In this document: positions 52,801-63,152 of the stretch, piece by piece | Layout of the letters: the number at the start of each line of letters is the position of its first letter | Position numbering within the stretch: position 1 is the first letter of the stretch | Assembly: GCA_951406725.2 (NCBI GenBank) | Contig: OX597820.1 | Coordinates: 2,604,001-2,668,000 of the forward strand | From: Octopus vulgaris | Lineage: Eukaryota | Reading direction: 5' to 3' | DNA length: 64,000 bases | Notes under the pieces: model-generated | What the model was told of the DNA's origin: nothing | What the model saw: only the letters and a program-made list of their open reading frames with translations | Databases searched by the model: none | Position numbers and translations under genes: made by a program

Positions 52801-54859
52801 GTCCCAAGCCAGCCAACTCCTTGTGAGTGAACTTAGTAGACAGAAACTGTGTGGAAGCCTTATTGACAGTGGCTTTGAAGTTATGGCTTAACTGGCCAAA
52901 ACTTCAAGTCATTGTCAATAGTATTCTTGTTTAAGACTGGGTTGCCTGATTGGCTCCCGTGCTGCTGGAATGTAAAAAGCACCATCCAAATGTGGCCGAT
53001 GCCAGTGACCCCTGATTGGCTCCCGTGCTGGTGGAACGTAAAAAGCACCATACAAATGTGGCCAATGCCAGTGACCCCTGACTGTCTCCTGTGCTGGTGG
53101 CACGTAAAAAACACCCACTACACTCTCGGAGTGGTTGGTGTTAGGAAGGGCATCCAGCTGTAGAAACCTCGCCAGATCAGATTGGAGCCTGGTGCAGCCA
53201 CTGGCTCTCCAGACTGTAGTCGAACTGTCCAACCCATGCCAGCACGGAAAATGGATGTTAACCCTTTCGTTACCAAACCGCCCAAAGCCGCCCGAAAAAA
53301 ATTTTGGCTAAGGCGCCCAAACCCGCCCGTATTTACTTATTCATATTTAAATGAGAATATCAGAGCAAATCTCTTTAGTACATTCGTGAAAACAAGTGAT
53401 TATATTTCGTAAACAGTTCATCTACAGTTTTGTACAACGATCGAAGTGTAATTTTAATTCTGTGAATTTTGGGAGATTTTTTTCCGAAATTTGTTCCTAT
53501 TGTGTTTTCAAAATTTGTAATTCTGACAAAAAATGGATACGAATTTCATTATATCAAGCAGCGAGTCAGAATTTGAAGGATTTTCTACTGAAGACCTTCA
53601 TAAATCTAACTCTATGACTGAAAAAAGCATGTGGTATTTGATAATGAATCTGATGTTTCATTTTCCGAAAGTGAAAACAGTGAATCCGAGAGCTCCGACA
53701 ACGATAAAGAAAATGAATTGGCACCTGAATGGAGTGAAAATTTAAAAACTGTTTCTTTCGGTGATTTTTCTGAAGAAACTGGACCAAGCCACAGACTTTC
53801 TCAGGAGAGTAAAGCCTTAGACTATTTCTTTTTACTTTTTCGAATGAGCCTATTTGAAATCATTACGGCGGAAATGAACCATTACGCTAAATGTAAACAA
53901 AGCGAAAGAAAGGATACTTTGTGGTTTCCCACAACCTTAAATGAAATTAAGACTATTTTGCCATAAATATTATTATGGGTATCAGAAAGTTACCCAGAAT
54001 AACAAATTCTATCGTAAAATTTTGTTGTATACCCAACTGAATATTAGCTAATAACCCATTTTCTATAGCAATGTTTGAACAAAATTTTTATAATTTTATA
54101 TATTGTTGAATTTACCTGTATCTACCTGCAATTAGAGTCACTTTGTGACAAAAATTATAATATAGAATTGGTTGAGAACATTTCATTAAATTATCTTCCA
54201 AAATTCACGTTAATATATTAATAAATAAAAAAGTTATAGTTGTTTAATGAAACCAGACTAAATTTATGATTATGTTAGAAATTAATTGAAACACATATTT
54301 TGTTAGTTAGTTAGTTAGTTAATTTGGCTCAAAAGCAAATAGCAAGGCCATGTAGGGGGACATGGAGTTAAGTACAGGGTGGTGTTCATGTAAAGAGTTC
54401 AGGCCACTTGAGGTCCAGGGAGGCTTTGAACAAAGCGGTCGTCGGCATCTTCATCTCGTCTGGCAGCTTGTTCCACGGATCCGCAACCCGGACGGAGAAA
54501 GCTCCTCTCCTTCGATTGAGATGAAATCGTCGCAGGTAGAGCTTTTCGGAATGACTCCGCAGCCGACGCTCTGGAGCAGGAGTGAAGAACAGCTCTTTCG
54601 AGAGGTTACACTTTCCACTTATGATGTTGTTGGCGAGAATGAGATCACTACGGCGGCGGCGTTTTTCAGAAATATAGTAACGAAAGGGTTAAATGATGAT
54701 GATGATGATGAACTCTTTGCAGTTCTGTAAATTCAAAAACGTGATGAGAGACTTGTCAGTGGTAGAAACAACCAATGGTAGGTGCTTTCTATCTGGAAGA
54801 AAACTTACTGCAGTATTCAAACAACTCAGGTTATTTAAACCAGTTACGAGGGAGAGGGA

Positions 54860-54900
<41 letters not shown>

Positions 54901-55283
54901 AAGTGAAGGCACAGAGAGCAGGAACGTGAATTACAAATATATTTGAGTGTTGGGCCTCAGGGAGGTGAGGTGGCTGAGTTCCTTTTGAGTGCTGGGCTTC
55001 ATGGAGGCAATGACTGAGACCTTTGGCATTATGTCGTGCTTCAGCAGAAGACCCATCAAGCCAAGCAAAATCGCAGTTGTGGCAGATACCAGTGTCACGC
55101 AAATTGGCACCCATGACAGTGGCATATAAAAGCACCCACTACACTCTCGAAGTGGTTGGCATTAGGAAGATTATCCAGCTGTAGTAAAACCATGCCAACT
55201 CAGACTGGAGTCTGGTGCAGCCTTCCAGCGTGCCAGCCCAGTCAAATCATCCAACCCATACCGGCATGGACAACGGAAATTAA

Positions 55284-55315
<32 letters not shown>

Positions 55316-58300
55316 TACCACATATTTCCTATGCTATGCCACATCAACTCCAGATGGCAGCACCCATCTGTCACACAGCTCAGAAGCAAACCAATTTTAC
55401 AGTTGCCTGCTTTCACGGTAACAACAATGTTCAGGTGTAAAAATGACTTTTTCAAACAACACAAAGACATTCCAGTTTCTTAGCAATGTCCAACTGGCAG
55501 CATCCAGTAGTAAATGATTCTCCACTCACCTCAAGATGTTCGAATGCATGGATGCTGTAGTGAAGATCTGTCACTTGGGTACAATCAGGGGGAAGAGGTT
55601 TGTTACTTGGCACAGCTTTGAAATCAATATGTTCCTCTTGTCTACAAGAAATAAAGAAAAGAAAACAAAAACATGAGAGAATAAAACTAAAAAGAATGTC
55701 AGAGGAGAGTTATTTGCAGAAATGTTGTTTATTATTAACGAGCTGGCAGAATCATTAGCATGCTGGAAAAAATGCTGAGCAATATTTCGTTCCTCTTTGT
55801 GTCTCGAGATCAAATTCTGCCGAGATCAATTTTATTTTTCATCCTTTTGGGGCCAATAAAATCCCAGTCAGGTACTGGGGTCGATGTAATCGACTAGCCC
55901 CCTCCCCCCCAAATTTCAAGCCTTATGCCTATAGAAGAAAGCAATAAAGCAATTACAGCAGGAATACAGGTCCAACTCATGCCAGCATGGAAATTAAATG
56001 CTAAATGATGACGACGATGATGATGATGAATTGGTAGGATTGTTAGAGAATCAGAAAAAGTACCTTGTGGTATTTGTTCTGGCTCTTTATGTTCTCAGTT
56101 CAAAATCCCACTAGAACTGACAAAATAAAAATGCCAGTCAAATGCTGGGGATCGATGGTATCAATTAATTCCCCTCCCCTCAAAAGTGCAGGTCTTGTGC
56201 CTAATCCAGAACATGTGTTTATCTTCCTTTATTACAGGGGTGTTGGCATCAAAAAGACACCGTTTTAAATGAACAATAGAATGTAAGGGAAACAAAGACA
56301 CCCCAAGTCTGAGACCCTAACTTATCCAAATAACATCTCCAAACACTTCCTCACCCTTTGGCATTCAGGTTACTCTGTCAAATGTAATGTTTTTTCGTTC
56401 ACATTGTTTTGAATTAATCATGTATTATCTCATAGCTTTGGAATTTTGATGATCTGATTGTTTATTTTAAGAACGACATTGTAGGGTAGGTGTAAGAGGA
56501 GAGATCTGGCCAGTTTGAACATAAAAAGGAATATTTTAGCTGGATATGGCCAGTTTAAGTGCTAAAGGGTTAAACACACATAATGATATCGTTTCCTGTT
56601 TGGAATATAAACCAGAGTAAAATTTAATAACAAATGGTCAGTGAATGATGAAAATATAAAAGTGAAAAATATTTTTTCTCTTCACTGGTGGGAAGTCAAT
56701 AGATGTGTGTATATAAATCAGGGCTGTGGAGTCAAAACAAAAAAATTTGACTCCGACTCTGACTCCTCTACTATTGGCACCTCCGACTCCTCTTTGTGTA
56801 ATTAGGTGATTCTGGTCTACACATCTCACAAAGCATATGCATACGCTTGTACTCTGAGTAGGCCTTGTATGTTATAACTGGTTTAGATTAAAGAGAATAA
56901 AGACATTGTGAGTCAGAGAGTTTTACCGACTGCAACTCCACAGCCCTGATATAAATCCATATAAAATATAGATTTGCAACGTGGCAATGTAAACATGAGT
57001 GATAATTAGTGCATTAAGTGCAACGGAGCATTGCGACTCTTACAGGAGTGTGCTTTTGTGATCCAAGCACAATCTTTGATCACCCATCCGTGCTATCACA
57101 GATCAATCTATGATAAGCTTAACACTGTTCACAATTGAGCGTACTATTTGATCACAGACCAGTGATGAATGAATCAGTGATAAATGAGGGTGGATGTAAC
57201 ATGAACAACAGAAGCAGAGTTGATTTCCAAGCCAGAAAGAATGAGACAGAACAACTTCAAAGATAACTGGCAACGGAAACTCAAGTCAAGGGATTTTATT
57301 AAGAAGCTTAATTCTTTACCTTTTACTTGTATCAGTCATTGGACTGTGGCCATGCTGGGGCACCACCTTGAAGAATTTTAATCAAATGAATCAACCCCAG
57401 GACTTATTTTCTCCTTTAAAGACCTGATACTTATTCTATCAGTCTTTTTTGCTGAACTGCCAAGTTATGGAGATCTAAACAGGTTCAAGAAATTCTTTCT
57501 CATGAAAGGCAAAAGTGTGGCAGCACAGGTGTGGTTGTATGGTTTAAGAAGCTTGCTTCCAAACCATATGGTCACAGGTTCAGCCCCACTGTGTGGAACT
57601 TTGGACTAGTGTCTCCTACTTTAGTGCCAGAATGACCAAAATCTTGTGAGTGGACTTGGCACATGGAAAACAAAAGAAGCCCATCATATAGGTTTTTGTG
57701 TGTGTGTGTGTTTATATATATCATCATCATCCTTTTTTAACGTCCATTTTCCATGCTGGCATGGGTTGGACGGTTTGGCTGGAGATGGCGAGCCAGGAGG
57801 CTGCACCAGGATCCAATCTGATCTGGCAATGTTTCTACAGCTGGATTGCCCTTCCTAATGCCAACCACTCTGAAAGTGTAGTGGGTGCTTATGTGTAGTG
57901 GGTGCACGGGAGCCAGTCAGGCGACACTGGCAACGGCCATGTTTGGATGGTGCTTTCTATGTGTCAGTGGCACAGGAGCCAGTCGGGGCAAAGAGGCTGG
58001 CATCAACCATGTTTGGATGGTGCTTTTTACATGCCACCAGCATGGGGAGCCAGTTAAGCAGCACTGGCAATGACCCACGCGTGAATAGTGCTTACTGCAT
58101 GCCACCAGCATGGGAGCCAGTCAGGTGGAACTGGCATCAGTCACAACAACAATTTTCATTTGAGCATGATCGTTACCACGTCGCCTTACTAGCACTTGTG
58201 CTGGTGGCACATGAAACATTTGAGCGAGGTCATCGCCAGTGCCGCTGGACTGGCCCCTGTGCAGGTGGCACATAAAAAGCACCATTTGGGCATGGCCGTT

Positions 58301-59331
58301 GCCAGTACTACCAAACTGGCCCTCATGCCGGTGGCATGTAAAAGCACCCTCTAAACTCTCGGAGTGGGTGGCATTAGGAAAGGCATCCAGCTATAGAAAC
58401 TCTGCCAGATCAGATTGGAGTCTGGTTCACTGCCAGACCTCAGTCAAATCGTCCAACCCATGCTAGCATGGAAAGCGGACATTAAACGACGATGATGATG
58501 ATGATGATGATTTGATGTTGATGTTCTTGACTCTATAGGTCTCATCACCATCACGTGATGGCTGTAAACGAGTATCACCCTCATACAAGCAATGTTGTTC
58601 ACTTCCAGTCGTCCACGAAAAATATGTCTTAGCCACGAGGGAGTATTACTTTGATTTGTTACAGGTGTGGGTCAGTGGCAGGAAGGGTGTCTGGTCACAG
58701 GAAATCTGCCCAACAAATTGTCTAACCCAGTCGAGCATGGAAATGTGGATATTAAATTATGATGATGATGATAAAACAAACTTAATTATTAAATGACCTA
58801 ATTTACCCCAAAGAATGGTAAATATCAAAGCAAACAGGTTTAAGTTGAACAGGGAACAAAACTTTCATGTGTGATCACCGAAATAAAGTGGGAAGTAAAT
58901 ATGTTATACAAAATAAAAAACAAAAATAAACACTAATCTTATTCACCAAAAGAGTCTAATAATTTTTTTTTAAATGCGTTAAAAAATAAAAGTGGGAAAA
59001 GTTTAGAAAAAATATTGAAATAATTGATCTTGGTACTAATGTTAGATGAGCCAACTTGAAAAACCAGGAGGGCAACTTGAAAAAAGAATTGTGTAAAACA
59101 AAAATAATGAAATAAAAAACAAGTAGAAAATTCACAAAAAGAATAATACAATCAAGTATTTTAGCAATTGGAAGGCTCCCAGAATTGATTAAAACCTGCA
59201 GTTATTAATTGCAATTAGAATACTTAACAGCAATCAATGGATTGTGAAAAGAGAAGACAAGAATCAATACTCGGTTGATTAATACAAAAATATTACAAGT
59301 CTCAAAAACTGCAGATCAATATAATGCTATT

Positions 59332-59364
<33 letters not shown>

Positions 59365-62300
59365 CATCATCGTTGTCGTTGTCATTTTAATGTCCACTTT
59401 CCCAGGCTTGCAAGGGTGGACAGAATTTCTTGAGGTGGACTTCATGCTCTTTCTATTGCCTACAAACCAGTTAATATTTCCTACGGCTGGACATATTTTT
59501 CATGGAAGACTAGGAACAAACAATGTCGCTTGTAGGGTGGTGATGCTCATTTACAACCATCACATGATGTCTACACAAGGGTACACACACACACACATGG
59601 GCTTCTTTCAGTTTCCATCTACCAAATCCACTCACAAGACTTTGATTGGCCAAAGGCTATAGAAGACATTAACCAGAGTATCATGCAGTGGAATTGAGCT
59701 CGGAACCAAGTGGTTGGGAAAGGAGCTTCTTAACCACCCGACCAAGCCTAGAGTTTCTGAATATTTAATGTCTTCTATAGCCTTTGGCCAATCAAAGTCT
59801 TGTGAGTGGATTTGGTAGATGGAAACTGAAAGAAGCCCATGTGTGTGTGTGTACCCTTGTGTAGACATCATGTGATGGTTGTAAATGAGCATCACCACCC
59901 TACAAGCGACATTGTTTGTTCCTAGTCTTCCATGAAAAATTGGTTCACCAATATGCCCTGTCTTTGTAATATGAAAAATGTGAAACTTAGAAGATAAGTT
60001 GTCAGTGATAAAACTAATTAACACAGGATAAATACATTGGTTTGGATTATGTAAATTAGAGAAAAATGTTCAAACAAAAGACAAGTTTTAGAAAACTTAC
60101 AAGATTTAAGGTTAGAAATGAGAGAATCTAACCTGAACATACCTGATCCCCTTGTTTTCTAAAGGCAGGACAGTACTAATATAAAGATCAAACTCTGGCA
60201 ATGGTTTACCAACAGCGATGCAGTCTGGCTCAGATCGATAAAATCTCTGCTCCAGGTCTGGAAACCACAAAGAAAACATTGACAAAAGTTCAAACAGTGA
60301 TCAACATTCGTTTTCATAAATCAGACACATGTTGGTTTAGCATCGTTTACATTCGTCATGAATTTACTTGCATTAAACAGAAATTGGCAATAGAAAATAA
60401 TGAATTTCGGAAGCAGTATGTCATGAATATAGACGGAAATGACACAGTTTATTTGACAGAATAAGGACTGCAGTATTAAGAGGGGAGGCTTTGTGCCACG
60501 TGATGACAGAGGGACAGAAACAGGTGTCTTGCTGGAGAGAAGATGCATCATGGCTACCCCAGTTGGAAAAGAGACAGAGAGGGAGAAAGTGTGAGAGGGA
60601 GAGAGAGAGAGATAGTGAAAATGTTTTACTTGGTTACATTTCCAATAATAAGCTTTAAAACCTGAGAGATAAAGAGAGGCGATATCGCTAGGTTCTACTT
60701 CAGGATAATATCAGCATCATCATTGTTTAACGTCCGCTTTCCATGCTGGCATGGGTTGGACGGTTTGACTGAGGACTGGCGAGCCAGAGGACTGCATCAG
60801 GCCCCAATCTGATCTGGCACGGTTTCTACATATATAATTAATTAAATATAAGTTATCAATTTATGAGGTTCACAGTTCATTTGAAGATCAAAATTCTGCT
60901 CCTACCCCTATTTTTTTCTGCCTGGCAAGTTACTCGGATACTTTACTAATACCAGTTGTATGGAAAAAAGCACCCAGTACGCACTGGGTACATTTTAGGA
61001 TGGAAACTGAACTGAAGAAACCACGCCAAGCTGACACCAGAGCTCAGTATAGGCCTGCAGCTTGCTGGGTCCTGTCAAACTGTCCAAGCCATGCCAGCAT
61101 GGAAAACAGACATTAAATGATGATGATCATCATCGTTTAATATCCATGCTAGCAAAGGGTGGGACGGTTTCACAAGAGCTGGCCAGGTAGAAGCCTGCAC
61201 CAGACTCCTGTGACCGTTTTGGCAGGATTTTGACAGCTGGATGCCCCTCCTAACACCAACCACTCAACAGAGTGGACTGAGTGCTTTTAATGTGGCACAA
61301 GCACAGGCGAGGTCAGTTTTGGTAAGGTTTTTTACAGCTGGATGCCCTTCCAAATGCCAACCAATTTACAGTGTGGACTGGGTGCTTTTACTTGGCCCCT
61401 GCTCTGTCAGGGTCACCAAGTACCTTGCAAGACAAAAACAAAAACAATGAAAAAACTTTGAAAAGGGGGTGGGGGGAGATTGGAGGAGGTGTTCTTGTGT
61501 TGGATGCTGAAAGGTTATAGTGAGACAGAAAAACAGAAACAGGTGTCTTGCTGTAGAGGAGGTATAAGGTTACCTGGCCAGCGAGAGAGAGAGGATGACT
61601 TTAAAACACAATATATGCATAATAGTTAGAAAGCAGGGAACATGGCTTCTTAGGCTCTTTAAAGTTGTCAAATCAGAGTGGCAGGTTGAGGTTATAGAGA
61701 TAAACTCTTCCTTTTAAACTGTAGCAGCTTTAACAGTCAGGGGTAAACTATAAGGAGAGGTCGAAGGTCTGAAAAAGAATGATTAAATCAAAGTGTTTAG
61801 AATAAGATACAAGAAGTAGGCTGAGGTGAGAACGATTGAGTTAGTAATGTAAGAGAAATGAAGGCTGTTCTAATAACAGTGAAAAAAAACAAAAAAAAAC
61901 AAACCAACAAACCAACAAAAAGAAACCTAGTTCAAATGTGGGTCAGTGTTTAAGTGAATGTGTGTCACTGTGACTCTGATCATCCAGCAGTTCACCACAC
62001 TGCTGTCTGTGGTTCATTGTAGGAAGCATGTCAGACAGGCTACACAAGCAATGATCAGGGCTCAGCTCTAAACGAGAACACCTGTGCTCAACGGTATTCA
62101 AGCCCTAATTAACTTGTTCTCCTCTCAGACATTATACATCAAATCTACTTTGTCCAATATGTATGTCTCTCTCTCTCTCTTTACAAGATAGGAGAGTGTA
62201 ATTTGAAGGATATTTGGTTGCTATTTCCAGAAGCTTGTGTGTGTGCACAGAGCTTCTTTCTCTGGCTTGTCTAGTCTATAATAGAATTTATCTTGCGAAG

Positions 62301-63152
62301 ACCCATCAAGCCAAGTGAAATTGTAGTTGTGGCCGATGCCAATGTCACATACCTGGCACGTAAAAAGCACCCTTTGAACTTTGGGCCTCACAAAAGCAGT
62401 GAGAAGTGACCAAGACCTTTGGCAATATACCATGCTCGCGAAGACCTGTCAAGAACCAAGTGAGATCATAGTCGTGGCCGAAGCCAACGCTTTGTAACTG
62501 GCACGTAAAAAGCACCCACTACACTCTTGGAGTGGTTGGCATCAGGAAGGGCATCCAGCTGTAGAAGACCATGCCAAATCAGATTGGAACCTGATGCAGC
62601 TCTCCAGCTTACCAGTTTTCAGTCAAACCGTCCAACTCATGCCAGCATGGAAAGTGGACGTTAAACGATGATGATGATGATGATGATTTGTGCTTTGTAA
62701 AGACTGAGCAGCTGTTCAGGGCGTAAGGACATAATGAGTTTTTATTCTAAAAGGGAACTACTTAACATTTTTAAGCAAGTTTTAACCTGAAACTCATTAG
62801 AACAATGACAAACACATGGACATAGAAGTATATACACAGCAGATACACATGTTCGTACGGACACCCTCCCCACCACCCCCACCACATCCTGGATTTGTCT
62901 CGTGTGACATAAACATCCCCACTACTGCCTAAGCTCTACCAATTCAAAGACATGGCAACACACACACACACCATTTACACGATGTGAAAGGAATACAGAA
63001 AACCTACCAGTGTCGCGATCTTCACTTTTATCAATTTCATCCTTTCGACTCAACAGTTCCTTTTTCAAGTTATCCAACATCACTGCTCTTTCTTCTTGTT
63101 TCATGAAGGCCACCAAATCATATGGTCTTCGCATATTAAATACTGTATCAAC
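18135..63152 (-). CDS. TTC17: TTC17-like tetratricopeptide repeat protein, spliced partial CDS (10 exons, 1272 nt, 424 codons; first exon outside the window, 3' end unresolved)
   Basis: Ten GT-AG exons join with consistent phases. The peptides (EDRDT-DLEQ, PDC..YSIHAFEHL, SWVLFNMAAFYWRIKG, KDVALISLANVLHRA, KRKHAVLC..KLE..LEAQHRSLQRTLNDLKDYQ) follow the recalled order of the N-terminal half of vertebrate TTC17. Confidence 0.93.
19005..19039 (-). ncRNA. Minimal type I hammerhead ribozyme motif (Penelope-type, family F)
   Basis: Minus strand reads GUUU CUGAAGA A GAGC UCU GCUC GAA ACGU A AAAC: intact core, perfect stems I and II, palindromic ACGU stem III, GUA site. Confidence 0.8.
19122..19961. 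mobile_element. Family B fold-back element with arms of about 300 bp and a long-stem-II hammerhead-like motif
   Basis: 19122-19420 is the reverse complement of 19579-19877. CTGAGGA...GAAACGATCGTA at 19155-19242 (-). Flanked by TA repeats; a short related copy lies at about 38631-38755. Confidence 0.8.
20875..21430 (-). mobile_element. 5'-truncated RTE LINE: ORF C-terminus, 3' UTR and (ATG)n tail
   Basis: PRKTWYEVVKHDL*TLGLREAMKKDQDLWR is contiguous with the aggaagggcatccagctgtagaaa tail. Confidence 0.7.
21693..21892. mobile_element. Short fold-back insertion with a 13-bp target duplication inside a TTAA-type MITE
   Basis: Arms at 21747-21812 and 21828-21892; direct repeat ttgagattgttta at 21680-21692 and 21893-21905. 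Confidence 0.75.
22714..22841 (-). CDS. TTC17: TTC17 exon (YDFCQMIDRHGHHILECNRDRKPSSNFDFSLSSEDSSSNTETK)
   Basis: Acceptor tcttgcag, donor AAG|gtaaat; 128 bp, phase 1 to 0. The Cys pair resembles the recalled ICRL..HSLHC segment. Follows an 18.7 kb intron. Confidence 0.8.
24207..24367. mobile_element. hAT-type MITE
   Basis: Perfect 8-bp target duplication gtctatac; cagtggtccccaac-type TIRs. Confidence 0.75.
26477..26692 (+). mobile_element. Second SINE family (ggcrgtgagctggcagaa head), representative copy
   Basis: gagttcaaattcc B-box followed by gcctttcatcctttcggggtcgataaattaagtacc; also near 7845, 15020 and 55738. Confidence 0.75.
27095..27432. mobile_element. Family C fold-back element; G3-C8 hammerhead-like motif at 27239-27286 (-)
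   Basis: Inverted arms of about 140 bp centred near 27295; same sequence family as 5306-5604. Confidence 0.75.
31735..31925. repeat. Degenerate (GAT)n trinucleotide tract
   Basis: Direct reading; it generates spurious poly-His, poly-Ile and poly-Ser ORFs. Confidence 0.9.
33628..34186. mobile_element. Rearranged mariner derivative with a duplicated 3' end (inverted termini of about 90 bp)
   Basis: Minus strand: VTGDETWVHHYELESKKQS...SAGKIMVTVFWDAQGVILVDFL. Plus strand: EFYGTGIHALIQRWNIAIERNGDHAEK*. The termini are reverse complements. Confidence 0.8.
35912..36380. mobile_element. Family A fold-back copy
   Basis: Inverted arms; flanking near-direct repeat ttgccataaga/ttgtcataaga; hammerhead-like motif at 35991-36034 (-). 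Confidence 0.85.
40419..40781 (-). mobile_element. Helentron-associated HINE/DINE-1-like element
   Basis: Subterminal inverted repeat acctctgcc/ggcagaggt; 3' hairpin gtgctctctgagtgc; core gatatctcaagaaccg...gatgaaactttcaggg. A second inverted end lies at 41032-41071. Confidence 0.55.
41550..41716 (-). CDS. TTC17: TTC17 exon (SLQRTLNDLKDYQRKHDFWQQQNTKLQTEQVPADVKMIQEQTFDQLNSWHSNANL)
   Basis: Acceptor cttggcag. Donor T|gtcagt was chosen because phase 1 matches the next exon. 167 bp. Confidence 0.88.
42927..43066 (-). CDS. TTC17: TTC17 exon (VLGEYNKSVICFENTLKIQPEFEAAAKRKHAVLCHAKLESALEAQHR), TPR
   Basis: Acceptor ttcacag, donor AG|gtgcgt; 140 bp, phase 0 to 2. Confidence 0.95.
43355..43542. mobile_element. 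hAT-type MITE inserted in a tRNA-derived SINE
   Basis: TIR cagcgtttttcaaact/agtttgaaaaacgttg; the SINE sequence resumes on both sides. Confidence 0.7.
44681..44984. mobile_element. hAT-type MITE inserted in an RTE-type 3' tail
   Basis: cagtcattcccaaa...tttaggaaccactg ends; imperfect flanking duplication. Confidence 0.55.
45831..46006. repeat. Near-perfect hairpin with arms of about 77 bp between (TA)n tracts
   Basis: aaagagtgaaaaaactacagaaggc... versus ...gccttctgtagttttttcactcttt. Confidence 0.85.
46418..46565 (-). CDS. TTC17: TTC17 exon (MQKDVALISLANVLHRARYSNEAAIVVHAALDVSKELNVNHFTLGNIYA), TPR
   Basis: Acceptor tgttgcag, donor GCG|gtaagc; 148 bp, phase 2 to 0. Confidence 0.95.
46930..47200 (-). 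mobile_element. RTE LINE RT C-terminal fragment
   Basis: LREKLGIRAIRCSVQWRKLYW*GHVLCMDEDS...RRPTTMWDKVVK. Confidence 0.65.
47262..47371 (-). CDS. TTC17: TTC17 exon (NKTSWVLFNMAAFYWRIKGDSYQVIECLRRALHYSPR), TPR
   Basis: Acceptor tttccag, donor AG|gtaagt; 110 bp, phase 0 to 2. Confidence 0.95.
47959..48300 (+). mobile_element. tRNA-derived SINE (representative of more than 10 copies)
   Basis: Head ggtgcaggagtggctgtgtggtaag...ggttcagtcccac with A- and B-box-like motifs; tail gactgaaacaagtaaaaga. Also near 22060 (-), 29559, 31130, 37710, 41980, 44110 (-) and 48350 (-). Confidence 0.8.
49709..49825 (-). CDS. TTC17: TTC17 exon (GMKARKNLSGTAELGLKNAIPHRDNVDDYGNLIYEAMKK)
   Basis: Acceptor ctccacag, donor AAG|gtgagc; 117 bp, phase 0 to 0. 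Confidence 0.9.
50338..51400 (+). mobile_element. Non-autonomous piggyBac element, copy 1
   Basis: TTAA target duplications; TIR ccctttcgttac/gtaacaaaaggg; acidic N-terminus plus a piggyBac transposase fragment (ALDYFFLLF...WFPTTLNEIKGYFAINIIMGI). Confidence 0.88.
51850..52155 (+). mobile_element. Third tRNA-derived SINE family (also 23400-23720 on the minus strand)
   Basis: tRNA-like head, gtccttgagcaagacacttt core, and tail gttaagggtacacgtgtctgtggagtgctc shared by both copies. Confidence 0.65.
53262..54688 (+). mobile_element. Non-autonomous piggyBac element, copy 2, carrying a CR1-type insertion
   Basis: TTAA at 53258-53261 and 54689-54692; nearly identical to copy 1. Confidence 0.88.
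54302..54667 (-). mobile_element. 5'-truncated CR1-clade LINE 3' end with (TAAC)n tail
   Basis: Open frame EKRRRRSDLILANNIISGK...RLRSHSEKL...AFSVRVADPWNKLPDE...FKASLD, typical of a CR1 ORF2 C-terminus. Confidence 0.82.
55530..55641 (-). CDS. TTC17: TTC17 exon (QEEHIDFKAVPSNKPLPPDCTQVTDLHYSIHAFEHLE)
   Basis: Acceptor ttcttgtag, donor GAG|gtgagt; 112 bp, phase 2 to 0. Confidence 0.92.
56352..56573. mobile_element. Short ccc...gggTTAA piggyBac-type MITE (related copies near 2735, 9468, 21595, 22921, 38116)
   Basis: ccctttggcattcag...gctaaagggttaa ends and a shared internal sequence. Confidence 0.55.
56719..56948. mobile_element. hAT-type MITE
   Basis: TIR cagggctgtggagt/actccacagccctg; perfect 8-bp target duplication atataaat. 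Confidence 0.85.
59495..59940. repeat. Near-perfect inverted duplication (arms of about 177 bp, spacer of about 92 bp)
   Basis: 59495-59672 is the reverse complement of 59765-59940 apart from CA-repeat length. Confidence 0.9.
60143..60257 (-). CDS. TTC17: TTC17 exon (DLEQRFYRSEPDCIAVGKPLPEFDLYISTVLPLENKGIR)
   Basis: Acceptor tttccag, donor AG|gtatgt; 115 bp, phase 1 to 2. Not in the ORF track; translated by hand. Confidence 0.92.
63008..63152 (-). CDS. TTC17: TTC17 exon (VDTVFNMRRPYDLVAFMKQEERAVMLDNLKKELLSRKDEIDKSEDRDT)
   Basis: Acceptor ttcttag, donor G|gtaggt; 145 bp, phase 0 to 1. Confidence 0.92.

Noticed and set aside
54362-54730. 122-aa plus-strand ORF
   Set aside because: It is the antisense shadow of the CR1 ORF2 C-terminus on the minus strand.
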